Assembly: GCA_015486905.1 (NCBI GenBank)
Contig: WFQV01000247.1
Coordinates: 1 to 38,494, forward strand
From: Melioribacteraceae bacterium
GTDB taxonomy: Bacteria > Bacteroidota > Ignavibacteria > Ignavibacteriales > Melioribacteraceae
Direction of reading: 5' to 3'
Length of the DNA: 38,494 bases
Below, one piece after another: positions 18,188-29,216 of the stretch (positions within the stretch are counted from its first letter, which is position 1; each line of letters opens with the position of its first letter). Made by a program: the position numbers and the translations under genes. Under the pieces are notes generated by a model that saw nothing but the letters and a program-made list of their open reading frames with translations, was not told the origin of the DNA and did no database searches.

Positions 18188-19063
18188 TCACTCCTTTAAA
18201 TATCCAATTGTTTTTGGAAAATTTACAATTTTGAAAGCACGGGTTATGCCGTGTAAAGTTTCCGCAAAACCTATAAATAAGTACCCCCCGGAATTTAGGG
18301 CATTATAAAGTAAAGAAACAACTTTAATTTTAGAATTTACATCGAAATAAATAAGAACGTTCTCACATAAAATTATGTCATAATTGAGCATCATTCTCAT
18401 TGCTCTTTCATCGTAAAGGTTAAGGATTTTAAACGATACATATTTTTTAATTTCGGGACGAAGGGCGTAAGAGCCGCCGTTAAATTCAAAATATTTTCGA
18501 AGGAAATGTTTAGGCATGTTTCGAATTGAATATTCCCTGTAAATACCATTTTGAGCAGTTTTAATTACATTTCTGTCAATATCCGTTCCTACTATTTCGA
18601 AAGTAAAATCGGGATTTTGAGGTTTAATAAACTCGTTAATAACCATAGCAATTGAATAAGCTTCCTCACCGGAAGAAGAAGCGGCGCTCCAAATTTTCAG
18701 TTTTTTATTTCCGAATTCACGCTTTTTCTTAATCATATCCGGCAATACTTTTGAAACAAGTACGTCCAATTGTGCTTGGTTTCTAAAGAAATATGTTTCA
18801 TTAATCGTAATTGCTTCAAGCAAGTAATTAATTTCAGCTTTACCTTCCTGCTTGAAACGAATAAAATTAAAATATTCATCAAAAGAAGTTATTCCGATAA
18901 ATTTCATTCTTCTTTGCAATCTGCTTTCAAGCAAGTACTTTTTGTTGTCTTGAAAATAAATACCGCTTAAAACGTAAATAAATTTTCGCCATTCATCAAA
19001 TTCCATTTGATTCATTTTAAGATTCGGAGCAAAAATACCTAATTGTGTGTTAGCAGCAATCAT
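18188..19063 (-). CDS. cheR: Chemotaxis protein methyltransferase CheR
   Basis: 291 aa. CheR N-terminal helical domain and SAM-binding core (ETYFFRN, KIWSAASSSGEEAYSIAMV, IILCENVLIYF). Confidence 0.9.
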   Translation of the reverse strand: MIAANTQLGIFAPNLKMNQMEFDEWRKFIYVLSGIYFQDNKKYLLESRLQRRMKFIGITSFDEYFNFIRFKQEGKAEINYLLEAITINETYFFRNQAQLDVLVSKVLPDMIKKKREFGNKKLKIWSAASSSGEEAYSIAMVINEFIKPQNPDFTFEIVGTDIDRNVIKTAQNGIYREYSIRNMPKHFLRKYFEFNGGSYALRPEIKKYVSFKILNLYDERAMRMMLNYDIILCENVLIYFDVNSKIKVVSLLYNALNSGGYLFIGFAETLHGITRAFKIVNFPKTIGYLKE

Positions 19064-19078
19064 TTTAGGGTCTCACAT

Positions 19079-20425
19079 TTAGTTATTAACTGTAGCCATT
19101 AAGGAATCAATTCTTTCACGAATCATTTCTTCTTCTGATTCTTTAAGTTTACGCAAACGGGCTATTACGGTCTCGTTTAATTCTACCGTTTCCAATATGT
19201 CCATTAAATAAAGACGGTTCCAAATGTTCTCGTCTTTCATCATCTTATCAAGGAAAAGCAATGCTTCTTGTGTGTCAATTTTAAATAGGAGATTCATTAC
19301 GGATCTCCTAATTTCTTCGTACGGGCTGTCAAGCAAATCTTCCAATTCGTTTTCAAGGCTTTTTAAGACAAGAGGAGTGAGAAAATTGGAAGGATGAAAT
19401 TCCGGATATTCAAAAAGACCTTCGAAAGAGGAAAGGACGTTAAAAAGGTTCGGAGGATTTTTTTCAATGTATCGGCTAAAAGCCTCCAATGAAAAGCTCA
19501 AATTATTAAAGAGCTTATCCTTTAATATTTCGTCAAGTTTGGCATCTTTGCCAATTGCGGTAAAAAGAGATTCGAGAATTTCCTTATCGTCAAAGTTTAA
19601 TGCCAAGTAAACAGCCGATTGTTTAAATTGCGGATCAGCCTCGTAAATAGTTTCAAGTAATTTTGATTTGAATTTTTCCTCGAAAGGGATCTCAATATTT
19701 AAACGTTGGGAAATTTTAAATACAGATTGAATAGCAACCCAGGCAAGCGGTCCTTCCAAATTCGGCAGTTCGGAATAAATAAAATAGAAAGAACTCTCGT
19801 CGCCAATGTTGCCAAGACTTTCAATTATAGTAAATTTTGTTAAGTTATCTTGCTGTGAATAAGCAGACATGAGCAAATCTATTGCATCAGGAGAGGCTAT
19901 TTTACCCAACGCCTCAATTATAGTAGGAATAAAGACTTCGTTAACACCGTAAAGGTTTACCAAATAAGGCACGGCTTTGCTTGAACGAATATTGCCCAAT
20001 GCCTCCACGCAAGCTAAAATTACATTTTCGTCCGTCTGCTCTTGAAGTACGCGCAATATCGGCTCTTCGGCTTTAATGTCTCCTATTAAGCCCAAAACGT
20101 CAATTACAAATTTTTGATCATGTCTATCCCTATTAGGTAAAAAATCAGTTAAGGGTTGAATAGAGGTTTTGCCAAGCGAAATTAAAATTTCACCGGCTAA
20201 ATTCCTAACCGATGGGTCCGACGAGGAGACGTATTTAACAATTGCTTTTGCAATATTTTCATTATTTGAATTGGAAACTCTAAATGCAAAATCGTTAAGA
20301 ACCGCTTTGTCTTTTGTTTCAATTAATTTACAGAATTCGGAAGCGGCGGTCAAATCCATTGCTTCTATTTGCTCGCCGCTTAACGATTCAATAATTTCCC
20401 TTTCTTTATTTGTTTGCATTTCCAA
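19079..20425 (-). CDS. HEAT-repeat protein encoded inside the chemotaxis operon
   Basis: 448 aa. Repeated PBS-lyase/HEAT-like units (VRNLAGEILISLG, VIDVLGLIGD, ACVEALGNIRSSKAVPYL, IIEALGKIASPDAIDLL, IIESLGNIGD). The tracked start is TTG at 20425; an ATG lies 2 codons downstream. Confidence 0.75.
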   Translation of the reverse strand: MEMQTNKEREIIESLSGEQIEAMDLTAASEFCKLIETKDKAVLNDFAFRVSNSNNENIAKAIVKYVSSSDPSVRNLAGEILISLGKTSIQPLTDFLPNRDRHDQKFVIDVLGLIGDIKAEEPILRVLQEQTDENVILACVEALGNIRSSKAVPYLVNLYGVNEVFIPTIIEALGKIASPDAIDLLMSAYSQQDNLTKFTIIESLGNIGDESSFYFIYSELPNLEGPLAWVAIQSVFKISQRLNIEIPFEEKFKSKLLETIYEADPQFKQSAVYLALNFDDKEILESLFTAIGKDAKLDEILKDKLFNNLSFSLEAFSRYIEKNPPNLFNVLSSFEGLFEYPEFHPSNFLTPLVLKSLENELEDLLDSPYEEIRRSVMNLLFKIDTQEALLFLDKMMKDENIWNRLYLMDILETVELNETVIARLRKLKESEEEMIRERIDSLMATVNN

Positions 20426-20435
20426 ATCCGTTTAT

Positions 20436-22553
20436 TTAGTGAATTTTACCGTTTGTACTGATAAAATAATTAGTTGAATGGTCTTTGCCGTTACCGTTAT
20501 TTTCACCAGGGATTTCAACATCCTGAATCTTGAAATAGCTAATAGCCGCAGATAAATTTTCCGTTAAGCCGTAAAGCTCTTCGGCAGCGTGAGAAATTCT
20601 ACGTGTACCTTCTGCTGTTTGCTGCGTAACGTTGTTTATACTCTCAACGCTTTTGCTAATTTGCTCGCTTGTTGCAGATTGTTCCTCGCTGGCAGAAGCC
20701 AAGTAGCTCGTAACCTCACTTACTTTTGTGGAGTTATCGATTATTTCCTTTACGGATATTTCGGCTTGGAGTGCCAATTCTTTGTCTTTCTTTACTTCCT
20801 CGGCACCTTCTTCTATTGATTTCACGGCATCGTTTGTATCCAACTGAATTGTTTTAATCATGGCTTCTATTTCCTTGGTAGCCTGAGTTGTTTTTTCGGC
20901 TAATTTACGAACCTCATCCGCAACCACGGCAAAACCTCTGCCTTGTTCGCCTGCTCTAGCCGCTTCGATAGCGGCATTTAAAGCTAACAGATTTGTTTGT
21001 TCGGCAATGTCATTAATAACTTGGATAATCTCACCTATTTCGTGGCTCGATTTACCGAGAGTGCGTATCGTTTCGGCGGCTTTTGTAACCACTTCGTCAA
21101 TTCTGTGAATACCTTGGAATGTTTCTTCGAAAATCTTTCCGCTTTCTTTTGCTTTTTCTCCTGCTTCTTCCGCCGATTTGGCAATAGTATTGGAATGATG
21201 TGTGTTATCCATAATGGTTTTAGCCATTTCTTCGGTGGCACTGGCAACCTCACTTACTTGTCTGCTTTGTTGTTCTGCGCCGGCTGCTAATTCCTCACTG
21301 CTGGAAGTGATTTCGGCTACCGCTACGGTCAACTCTTCGGTACTCTTCTGTAATTGTGAAACAATCTTATTTAAAGATTCAATAACAGAGTTAATATCTT
21401 CCTGCATTTCTTTGTAATTGCCTTTGTAATCGCCAGTCATCTTAGTGCTAAAATCGCCTGTAGCTAACTTCTGTAATACACTGCGAGCTTCATTTAATGG
21501 TTCGACAATGGCAGAAAGTATTTCATTAATACCCTCAATAAAATGTTTCCAATCGCCCTCGAATTTATCAACATCACCCCGGATTTGAAGATCGCCTTCT
21601 CGGTTGGCTTGCACTATTTTCTTCGCTTCTGAAATTAACTCTTCGAAAACTTCCACTTCTTTATTAAATGCGAAAGCTAATTCGTCCTTTTCGGAAGCGG
21701 GTTCTACGTGAACAAAGCTGCCTTTTGCAATTTCTTTTGCCGCATAGATTTTTTCTTTCTGTTTTTCACGCAAATCCCTGAGCGCATTAGCTAATTCTCC
21801 AAACTCATCTTTCGAGTTTATCTCCAAATGAACTTCGAAGTTGCCTTTTGAAAATTCCTTTATTACCCCCATCATTTTGGCGATAGGTTTGGAAATTGCA
21901 GGGGAAATAATAAAAACCGCAATTAAGAAAATAATTAACCCTATTAGCATACCGAGCACAATCCGTACTTTCGCAGCATGAACATTTGTGAGAATATTAT
22001 TTTCAATATCGTTGCTTTTAGCTTTCATAGCGAAGGTAATTTGGTCAAAATCCTTAATTAAATTATCGCCTACTTTCTCACCAACGCTGGTAGTAATAAC
22101 GGACGCATAATCGTAATTCTTGGATGACGCGGCGCTGATTATTCCATCAGCAACTAATGATTTGTAATTATTCCACTGCGTGAGAATTTTTTTAAAGTTC
22201 TTTTCATAACCCAATGCTTTAACTGCCGGCTCAATATTTTTTAGCGCTTTATCAACATCATTTCTGGCGGCTGTATATTGGTCATATGTTTGGCTGAATT
22301 TGTCGGCAAAACCTTGCTGTGAAATTTTTAGCAGCGAATATTGAATTTTCTGAAATTCGGAATAAATTCTGGATACTTCCTGTTGCGGGTAAACAAATTC
22401 GGAGAATATTTTTTGGCTTGAATCTTTAAAGGCATTCATTTGTAAGAAATCGTTAAAGGCTATTGCTGCCGATATTGCCCCTAACAGGAAAAAGCCGATT
22501 TGAATTTTCCTTACAAATTTTAAATTCTGAAAAACATACTTTAACTTTTCCAT
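20436..22553 (-). CDS. Methyl-accepting chemotaxis protein (two TM helices, periplasmic helical sensor, HAMP, second HAMP-like region, MA domain)
   Basis: 705 aa. TM1 near residue 20, TM2 ([21 protein letters not shown]), HAMP ([11 protein letters not shown]), conserved signalling tip ([36 protein letters not shown]). Confidence 0.95.
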   Translation of the reverse strand: MEKLKYVFQNLKFVRKIQIGFFLLGAISAAIAFNDFLQMNAFKDSSQKIFSEFVYPQQEVSRIYSEFQKIQYSLLKISQQGFADKFSQTYDQYTAARNDVDKALKNIEPAVKALGYEKNFKKILTQWNNYKSLVADGIISAASSKNYDYASVITTSVGEKVGDNLIKDFDQITFAMKAKSNDIENNILTNVHAAKVRIVLGMLIGLIIFLIAVFIISPAISKPIAKMMGVIKEFSKGNFEVHLEINSKDEFGELANALRDLREKQKEKIYAAKEIAKGSFVHVEPASEKDELAFAFNKEVEVFEELISEAKKIVQANREGDLQIRGDVDKFEGDWKHFIEGINEILSAIVEPLNEARSVLQKLATGDFSTKMTGDYKGNYKEMQEDINSVIESLNKIVSQLQKSTEELTVAVAEITSSSEELAAGAEQQSRQVSEVASATEEMAKTIMDNTHHSNTIAKSAEEAGEKAKESGKIFEETFQGIHRIDEVVTKAAETIRTLGKSSHEIGEIIQVINDIAEQTNLLALNAAIEAARAGEQGRGFAVVADEVRKLAEKTTQATKEIEAMIKTIQLDTNDAVKSIEEGAEEVKKDKELALQAEISVKEIIDNSTKVSEVTSYLASASEEQSATSEQISKSVESINNVTQQTAEGTRRISHAAEELYGLTENLSAAISYFKIQDVEIPGENNGNGKDHSTNYFISTNGKIH

Positions 22554-22557
22554 ATTA

Positions 22558-22965
22558 TCATCTCAACTTAAAGGTTATCGCCAAAGTAAATTTTACTTTG
22601 ACCGGCTTGCCTTTATTCGATGCCGGTATAAATTTAGTGGTTTTAATCGCTTTCATTGCCTCTCGGTCACATCCCCCTCCAATACCTTTAAGCACTTTCA
22701 CATCATTTACCGTGCCAGTCTCGTCAATAAAGGCAATTAAATAGACTTTGCCTTCTATTCCCGCTTGAACTGCAATATCCGGGTATTTTATTTTTTTGTA
22801 AATAGCAGGCAAACCACCAATCGGGACAGGCATTTTTTCAGCGAAAGCTAAATATTCTCCTCCGTTCGACGGAAGGGTTAACCCTATTGTTTTGTTAGGA
22901 ATAAACAAAAGCATTGATAATAAAATGCTCACAATTAAATATTGAGCAAATTTGAAGTACTTCAT
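22558..22965 (-). CDS. Small TonB C-terminal-domain protein with N-terminal signal/TM segment
   Basis: C-terminal [55 protein letters not shown]...FKL is a TonB_C fold signature. I place the start at the ATG 22965..22963, which is preceded by a perfect AAGGAGG 5 nt upstream. The ORF track extends 10 codons further, to 22995. Confidence 0.7.
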   Translation of the reverse strand: MKYFKFAQYLIVSILLSMLLFIPNKTIGLTLPSNGGEYLAFAEKMPVPIGGLPAIYKKIKYPDIAVQAGIEGKVYLIAFIDETGTVNDVKVLKGIGGGCDREAMKAIKTTKFIPASNKGKPVKVKFTLAITFKLR

Positions 22966-23220
22966 ATCAGCCTCCTTGCTAAATAATTCAAACAATTTTC
23001 TGAGATTTTAATCCTTTAAATCTCACTTCAATAATCGGAATTGAAATAAAAATGTTTAGGGTTGGTTTACGTAAATTTTTTGGCTATTATTAACCAAAGG
23101 TGTGAATTTGTGCCTTTGCAAAAGCCAACCGCATTTTGGAATATTCTTAGAAATCGCCCTATTTTTCGTTATGATTTAGTGGTATGAATGTTGATTAGTG
23201 TCTAAAAAAAATATGAAAAT

Positions 23221-24297
23221 ATGAAAAGAATTTTGACAATAACAGGAATCAGACCAGATTTTATTCGAATGAGTAAGGTTTTCGAGAAACTCGACGAAAA
23301 TTTTGATCATATAATGCTTCATACCGGACAGCATTACGACGACGAACTAAGTCAAATATTTTTTAAAGAATTATTTATCAGAAAGCCTGATTACACTCTT
23401 GAAACAGGTAAAAACAGTAGAAATCATTACGAACAATTAGCCTTTCTTTCTAAGGAAGTAATAAAACTTATTAAAAGGAAGAGAATACACCCTGATTTAA
23501 TCCTTTTCCTTGGTGATTCTAATTCTGCTATGGTTTCGGCTCCTTTATTTAAAGAAGGATATAGAATTGGACATATTGAAGGTGGTATGAGATCTTATGA
23601 CAGAAGAATGCCCGAAGAAGTAAATCGAGTGATTTGCGATTATGTATCGGATTTCATTTTTGTTTATACACCTTTATATAAAGAAAGGCTCATCGCAGAA
23701 AATAAGGACTCAAAAAACATTTTCGTTGTGGGAAATACCATCGTTGAAGTCGTGAGAGAATATATGCCTACCGGTGAAAGAACAAAGAATTACATACTTG
23801 CAGATATTCATCGAAACGAAAATCTTTCTGATCCGGAACAATTGAATCATATTTTGAAATATCTGGACGAATTGGGCCACAGAACAGGTTTACCAGTAAA
23901 ATTAGTTAAATTCAACAGAACGCAAAAAATAATCAGAAAACACAAGCTACTAAAAGATAAAAAAAATATAAAAATAGCTGGTCCCTACGGGTTTTTAGAA
24001 TATTTAAATCTCCAATATCATGCTTTTGGAGTTGTGTCGGACTCAGGAACAAGTCAAGAAGAGTGTCCACTTCTCGGAGTTCCTGTTGCCGTACCACGCA
24101 ATTATACGGAAAGACCCGAATCATTGGAGAACGGAAATAGTATTTTAATCGGAGAAACGAAACCGATTCCTCAGATGATTAAAAGGACATTGGATTTTTT
24201 TGAAAATTATTCAATAAATAGAAAAGATATTAAATGGTTAGGGAATGGTAAAACCTCAGAAAAAATTGTAAATATTTTAAAAAGGAAACTAAAATGA
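23221..24297 (+). CDS. UDP-N-acetylglucosamine 2-epimerase family protein (WecB/Epimerase_2), divergent paralogue
   Basis: 358 aa. ITGIRPDFIRMSKV...LHTGQHYD...GDSNS...HIEGGMRSYDRRMPEEVNRVICD...DSGTSQEE, the typical Epimerase_2 motifs. Confidence 0.8.
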   Translation: MKRILTITGIRPDFIRMSKVFEKLDENFDHIMLHTGQHYDDELSQIFFKELFIRKPDYTLETGKNSRNHYEQLAFLSKEVIKLIKRKRIHPDLILFLGDSNSAMVSAPLFKEGYRIGHIEGGMRSYDRRMPEEVNRVICDYVSDFIFVYTPLYKERLIAENKDSKNIFVVGNTIVEVVREYMPTGERTKNYILADIHRNENLSDPEQLNHILKYLDELGHRTGLPVKLVKFNRTQKIIRKHKLLKDKKNIKIAGPYGFLEYLNLQYHAFGVVSDSGTSQEECPLLGVPVAVPRNYTERPESLENGNSILIGETKPIPQMIKRTLDFFENYSINRKDIKWLGNGKTSEKIVNILKRKLK

Positions 24298-25268
24298 AAA
24301 ATATCCTAGTTGTAGGTGGTGCCGGGTATGTTGGAGGCGCAATAACAGATATGCTGTTAAATTCAAATTATAATGTTAGGGTTTTTGATGCTTTATTATA
24401 TGAAGACTCCTATCGTAAAAAAGTAGATTTTGTTTACGGCGACGTGAGAAATACTACATTGATGAGCAAGCAATTGGAGTGGGCAGATGCTGTTGTTTGG
24501 TTAGCGGCAATTGTAGGCGACGGAGCATGTCAATTAAACCCGGAACTTACAAAATCCATAAATCAAGAAACGATAAAATGGCTAAGTGAAAATTATAAAG
24601 GTAGAATTGTTTTTATGTCAACTTGTTCCGTTTACGGAGCACAGGATAAATTATTGGATGAAACTTCTCCTACAGCACCTTTATCACTATATGCCAAAAC
24701 TAAACTAAACGCTGAAAAATATTTAGCCGATTCGGATTCCATAATTTTCAGATTAGGCACTCTCTTCGGAGTAGGAGATCTTTATTCAAGGATTCGTCTT
24801 GATTTGGTAGTAAACATACTTACAGTTCGCGCACATGTTGAAGGAAAAATTAAAGTATTCGGAGGAGATCAATTCCGTCCCTTACTACACGTAAAAGACG
24901 TCGCAAGAGCAGTTGTTGCTAATTTGGACAATAGAAAGAAAGGAATTTTTAATTTAACCAAACAAAATGTTCGAATCATGGATTTAGCTTATCAAGTCAG
25001 GATGCATTTCCCCGATTTGGAAATAGAACATACGGATATGCCGTTTCAAGATACAAGAAATTATAGGGTTTCTAATGAAAAAGCCAAAAACGTACTCGGT
25101 TTTAGCGCAATCCATACAATCGACGAAGGCATTGAAGAACTGAAATATTTAGTGGAGACCAAAAGAATAAAGGACTTAAAAAGTCCGAGATATTCAAATC
25201 AAGCGTATTTAAAAGAACACTATGAAGAATTAATGTACAAAAAATTCAAAGAAGTGGAGGCAGCTTAA
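24294..25268 (+). CDS. NAD-dependent sugar epimerase/dehydratase (extended SDR)
   Basis: 324 aa. Rossmann motif VVGGAGYVGG, catalytic MSTCSVYG ... YAKTKLNAEKY (S/T and YxxxK). Confidence 0.8.
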   Translation: MKNILVVGGAGYVGGAITDMLLNSNYNVRVFDALLYEDSYRKKVDFVYGDVRNTTLMSKQLEWADAVVWLAAIVGDGACQLNPELTKSINQETIKWLSENYKGRIVFMSTCSVYGAQDKLLDETSPTAPLSLYAKTKLNAEKYLADSDSIIFRLGTLFGVGDLYSRIRLDLVVNILTVRAHVEGKIKVFGGDQFRPLLHVKDVARAVVANLDNRKKGIFNLTKQNVRIMDLAYQVRMHFPDLEIEHTDMPFQDTRNYRVSNEKAKNVLGFSAIHTIDEGIEELKYLVETKRIKDLKSPRYSNQAYLKEHYEELMYKKFKEVEAA

Positions 25269-25771
25269 TGGAACAAGTCATCAAAAATATTAAGACAAAT
25301 GAACAAAATGAATCGCCGAAAATAATAATCCGAGAGACGCCCAAATTATTAAAAGGCGATTTGGCTGTGGACGATCGAGGCGTAGTAAGCTTTGTTAATG
25401 ATTTTGCGTTTGACTTGGTTAAAAGATTTTACATGATCGAAAATCATAAGCAATATTTTATCAGAGCGTGGCACGGACATAAATACGAATCAAAATTCGT
25501 TATGGTAGTTAAAGGCAGCGCTTTGATCGGCGCCGTTGAAATTGATGATTGGGATTATCCAACAAAAGATATTAAGCCTTATCGCTTTGTATTAAGCGAA
25601 AAAAAACCGGCAGTCCTATATATACCAAGCGGTTACGCAAACGGATTTATGTCATTGACTGAAGATACCAAAGTAATGTTTTTTTCAACTTCACCTTTAA
25701 ATGAAAGTCTTAATGACGATTACCGATTCAATTCCCGTCATTGGGACATTTGGCATGTAGAGGAGAGATAG
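25268..25771 (+). CDS. Cupin-fold sugar-nucleotide epimerase/ketoisomerase (RmlC / WxcM-FdtA-like)
   Basis: 167 aa. DDRGVVSFVN...VKRFYMIEN...IRAWHGHKYESKFV...LYIPSGYANGF resembles small RmlC-like cupins. Start overlaps the previous stop (ATGA-type coupling). Confidence 0.6.
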   Translation: MEQVIKNIKTNEQNESPKIIIRETPKLLKGDLAVDDRGVVSFVNDFAFDLVKRFYMIENHKQYFIRAWHGHKYESKFVMVVKGSALIGAVEIDDWDYPTKDIKPYRFVLSEKKPAVLYIPSGYANGFMSLTEDTKVMFFSTSPLNESLNDDYRFNSRHWDIWHVEER

Positions 25772-26614
25772 ATGAAAAGAATTTTAGTCTTAGGCGCAAA
25801 CGGTATGTTGGGTTACGGTGTTACTGAATATTTCACTGCAAAAGGATACAAAGTTAAACCTTTGATCAGAAAAGATTACGACATTATCAGTGACCCTATA
25901 GAAAAACTTGAAGAGATACTCGTAAGTAATGATATAGTAATAAATTGTGCAGGTGTAATTAAACCTACAATTAAAAATAATTCTGTAGAAAACGTTCTAA
26001 AAATAAACTCGGTATTCCCCAAAAATTTAGCTAAAGTGAGTAAAAAGCACTCTAAAATGTGTTTTCACATTACGACCGATTGTGTCTATACAGGCCAAAA
26101 GGGTCAGTACACCGAAAATGATTTATTTGACGCAAATGACCTTTACGGAATAAGTAAGAACGGAGGTGAAAATGCTGAATGTATGATTTTACGGACTTCC
26201 ATAATCGGAGAAGAAAAAAATAAAAGTCGTTCTCTTTTAGAATGGGCAAAAAGTGCTAAAGGCTCGTCGGTAAACGGTTTTGTAAATCATTACTGGAACG
26301 GCGTAACGACTCTGTATTTAGCTGAAATAATAAACAAAATAATTGAGGAATCGCTCTATGAAGAGAAATTATACCATATTTTCTCTCCCGAGACAGTTAC
26401 AAAATACGAATTGCTAAAATTATTGAACGATATTTATGAATTACAGTTAGAAATAACCCCATTCGAAGCTGACAGCATGGTGGACAGGAGTTTGGCTTCC
26501 GTTTACGATTTAAGCTCAAAATTAGCTAACAAATCTCTATCTGAGCAAATATCGGAAATGAAAAAGTTTTTTAGTAAAACTCACGCAAAGGAAAGTTCAT
26601 TCACTCATGAATAG
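25772..26614 (+). CDS. RmlD-like sugar-nucleotide 4-keto reductase (SDR)
   Basis: 280 aa. ILVLGANGMLG Rossmann motif, TTDCVY...YGISKNGGE (YxxxK), a short-form RmlD substrate-binding-type architecture. Confidence 0.7.
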   Translation: MKRILVLGANGMLGYGVTEYFTAKGYKVKPLIRKDYDIISDPIEKLEEILVSNDIVINCAGVIKPTIKNNSVENVLKINSVFPKNLAKVSKKHSKMCFHITTDCVYTGQKGQYTENDLFDANDLYGISKNGGENAECMILRTSIIGEEKNKSRSLLEWAKSAKGSSVNGFVNHYWNGVTTLYLAEIINKIIEESLYEEKLYHIFSPETVTKYELLKLLNDIYELQLEITPFEADSMVDRSLASVYDLSSKLANKSLSEQISEMKKFFSKTHAKESSFTHE

Positions 26615-29201
26615 ATATAGAATAAATAGAGAATTATTGATTGAAATTTATAATAAGCGTGATAAGCTTATAAAATCTCTCTGTGTCGAATTGGATGAAA
26701 AACTCAATATAGGCACAAATGAAAATATTTCGTACTATAATCATCTAAGACTGATGCTTGACGAAATCGAAGGAAATATTGGCTTTATCCCTCGTGAAAA
26801 TTGCGATATTCTCCCCTTTCCGCCGAAATATAATTTTGTGCAATCTAATTTCGGATTTTCATTGCCGATTTCCGGTCAGGATATGACGACAATTCATTCC
26901 TTCGGTTATTTTGAACCGACTGAAACGGTGCTGATACAAAGAATATCGGAATTTTCAAATTTACTTATTGACGTAGGGGCTAATATAGGATATTTTAGCT
27001 TGTTATTTAAGCAATATTCAGAGCATGATTCCAAAGTTTATGCCTTCGAACCGGAAAAATTGAATTTTCATAAATTAAAAGCCACTATTGAAAGAAACAA
27101 TTTTGTTGATGAAATAATCCCTTATGAATTGGCTGTTAGTAATGAAAATACTGAGAAAGAATTATATATAAATAAGAGAGGGTCCGGTGGGCACTCTCTT
27201 CACAAAGTTCAACCCGAAATCTTCTCGGATAAGAAAGAAATCATTAATACAGTAAAATTAGATGATTTTATTGAAACCGAACAAATAAATGCAAATGACT
27301 GCGTATTAAAAATTGATATTGAAGGAGCGGAAATAGAAGCGTTGGAAGGCGCTTATAACCTACTGCAAAATCGTAAACCGATTGCAATTTTGATTGAAAT
27401 ATGGAAAAATGCAGTTGTTCCCAGAGAAGAAACAATTAAGAAATTGCTTTCTTGGGGTTATACTGGTTATTCAATTCAAAAAGCAACCAAAGGGAAACCT
27501 CTGATTCAACCAATATTACTACAAAATAATGAAATTAACGTTTCATTTAACGATAATTATATTTTTTTCCGAGACGATGCGCAAACTTTAATTGACGTTT
27601 GCCTTCAACCGTTAAAGTGGCATGAATTAGTCTCGGATAAGTTAATTGAATACTTATTAACTCTTCAAGAGCATGCATTACTACAGTTATCTGAAAAATA
27701 CGCCGAGTTGCCAAAAGAATTATCAAATTATTGCATCCATTATATCAGCGCATCGGATGGCGGCTACCCTGTATTTGACGTTGATTATCATTCTGCCCTA
27801 AAAGCATATTTACGCTTTCACCACAATTCCGGCGGCCCAGCTGTACTTTCTTTTATTAATAAGAATAATAATAATGTTGAAACGTCCTTAGTAGTCGGTG
27901 AGTCCGAAAAATATAAAAGCGAAAACGGGCATTATAATATTCCGCCTAAAGATTTAACAAAAATTGTAACAAAAGATATTGAGAAATATAGACCTGATTT
28001 TGTTTTATTAATGCCGAACAATGCCACTTCTTTTACAAAAAATGAACTGGAAGAATTAAAATCCAAATTTTCAATTTATTTGGCTGCAAGAGATGGTGAT
28101 GCTTGTGCATATAGCAAAGAAAGAATAAGCAGAAATTTACAACTTGCTGATGTCGTCGATCATTTTATTTCAGTGGATGGAGAATTTGTAGAAAATGCTA
28201 TTATAAATGGTTTTAAAAATGTGGAATACATCCCTTCATTTACTAATAAGCATTACTCGAATTATAATACTCTTCATAAAAAATATGATATTCTGTTTGC
28301 AGGCTATGGCGGAAACGGATTATTAATGGATAACGGTTCATATATGTACTCGGATCGCAGAAAAATTATTTCCGAAATCAACGATGTTTTCGGCGAAAGA
28401 CTGTTTGTAATAGGTAAAGGTTATAATGATTTATCGCTTAAAAATTATCTTGACGAGTTTATCGGAATAGACGAACTCCAAAATTATATAGCAAAAGCAA
28501 AAATATTATTGGCTCACGATGGTCCCTTCCTGAAAGGCTTTACTTCCGTAAGAATATTCAGAGCGATAAATACAGGAACATTTGTATTAATAAAATACTT
28601 CCCCGGCATCGAAAATTTATTCGTCAATCATAAGCACATCGTTTGGTATCATGGAAATGATGAAGCTATAAATCTAATTCGATACTATTTAGATAATGAA
28701 GAGGAACGAGAAAAAATTGCAACTCAAGGGAAAAACTATTTATCAGACATGAAAGGTTGGCGAAGAAAATCAATTCTTATAGATTATCTTATGCAAAAGT
28801 CACTGGGGAACAAAAATTCCTTCGCAGAATTGTACGGGGATTATTCTATTCCTAAAGAATTACAAAATCATGAATTGCTATTAAAATATATATCCGTTTT
28901 AAAATCGTATATACCTAATCCAAATCTTTTTGATTTGGTAATTTACGCGGAACTGCAAATTAAGCAAAATAATTTGAACGAAGCTAAAAAAATCCTTACT
29001 GCTATTTTGGAATATGACCGTTACTATCTCCCGGCATTTGAGGACTTGGTAGTTGTTTCGTTGCTTGAAGGCGATGAAAAAACGGCTTTAGAATTTGCAA
29101 ATGAAGCGCTTCTAATTGAGAGGAATAACTCAAACATTTTGGATAATCTTCAATCAATTCAAAAAATACACAATACTCTGGAGACAAAATTATACTTATG
29201 A
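26607..29201 (+). CDS. Multidomain protein: FkbM-family methyltransferase + CgeB-like (GT-B, Glyco_trans_1_2/DUF3880-type) glycosyltransferase + C-terminal TPR
   Basis: 864 aa. FkbM core (LIDVGANIGYFSLLF...VYAFEPEKLNFHKL...LKIDIEGAEIEALEG) at about residues 100-290. CgeB-like region (ILFAGYGG...RRKII...AKILLAHDG...RIFRAINTGTFVL...EEREKIATQGKNYL) at about residues 560-740. TPR-like helices in the last ~90 aa. No TM segments seen. Confidence 0.7.
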   Translation: MNRYRINRELLIEIYNKRDKLIKSLCVELDEKLNIGTNENISYYNHLRLMLDEIEGNIGFIPRENCDILPFPPKYNFVQSNFGFSLPISGQDMTTIHSFGYFEPTETVLIQRISEFSNLLIDVGANIGYFSLLFKQYSEHDSKVYAFEPEKLNFHKLKATIERNNFVDEIIPYELAVSNENTEKELYINKRGSGGHSLHKVQPEIFSDKKEIINTVKLDDFIETEQINANDCVLKIDIEGAEIEALEGAYNLLQNRKPIAILIEIWKNAVVPREETIKKLLSWGYTGYSIQKATKGKPLIQPILLQNNEINVSFNDNYIFFRDDAQTLIDVCLQPLKWHELVSDKLIEYLLTLQEHALLQLSEKYAELPKELSNYCIHYISASDGGYPVFDVDYHSALKAYLRFHHNSGGPAVLSFINKNNNNVETSLVVGESEKYKSENGHYNIPPKDLTKIVTKDIEKYRPDFVLLMPNNATSFTKNELEELKSKFSIYLAARDGDACAYSKERISRNLQLADVVDHFISVDGEFVENAIINGFKNVEYIPSFTNKHYSNYNTLHKKYDILFAGYGGNGLLMDNGSYMYSDRRKIISEINDVFGERLFVIGKGYNDLSLKNYLDEFIGIDELQNYIAKAKILLAHDGPFLKGFTSVRIFRAINTGTFVLIKYFPGIENLFVNHKHIVWYHGNDEAINLIRYYLDNEEEREKIATQGKNYLSDMKGWRRKSILIDYLMQKSLGNKNSFAELYGDYSIPKELQNHELLLKYISVLKSYIPNPNLFDLVIYAELQIKQNNLNEAKKILTAILEYDRYYLPAFEDLVVVSLLEGDEKTALEFANEALLIERNNSNILDNLQSIQKIHNTLETKLYL

Positions 29202-29216
29202 AATAAAGGACAAGTT

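Noticed and set aside
22996-23220. Sigma-54 or Bacteroidetes-type promoter motifs in the divergent che/glycan intergenic region
   Set aside because: TTGGCTTTTGCAAAGGCAC and TATTTTTC come close but have the wrong spacing or a mismatch at the invariant positions. I could not support a specific call on either strand.
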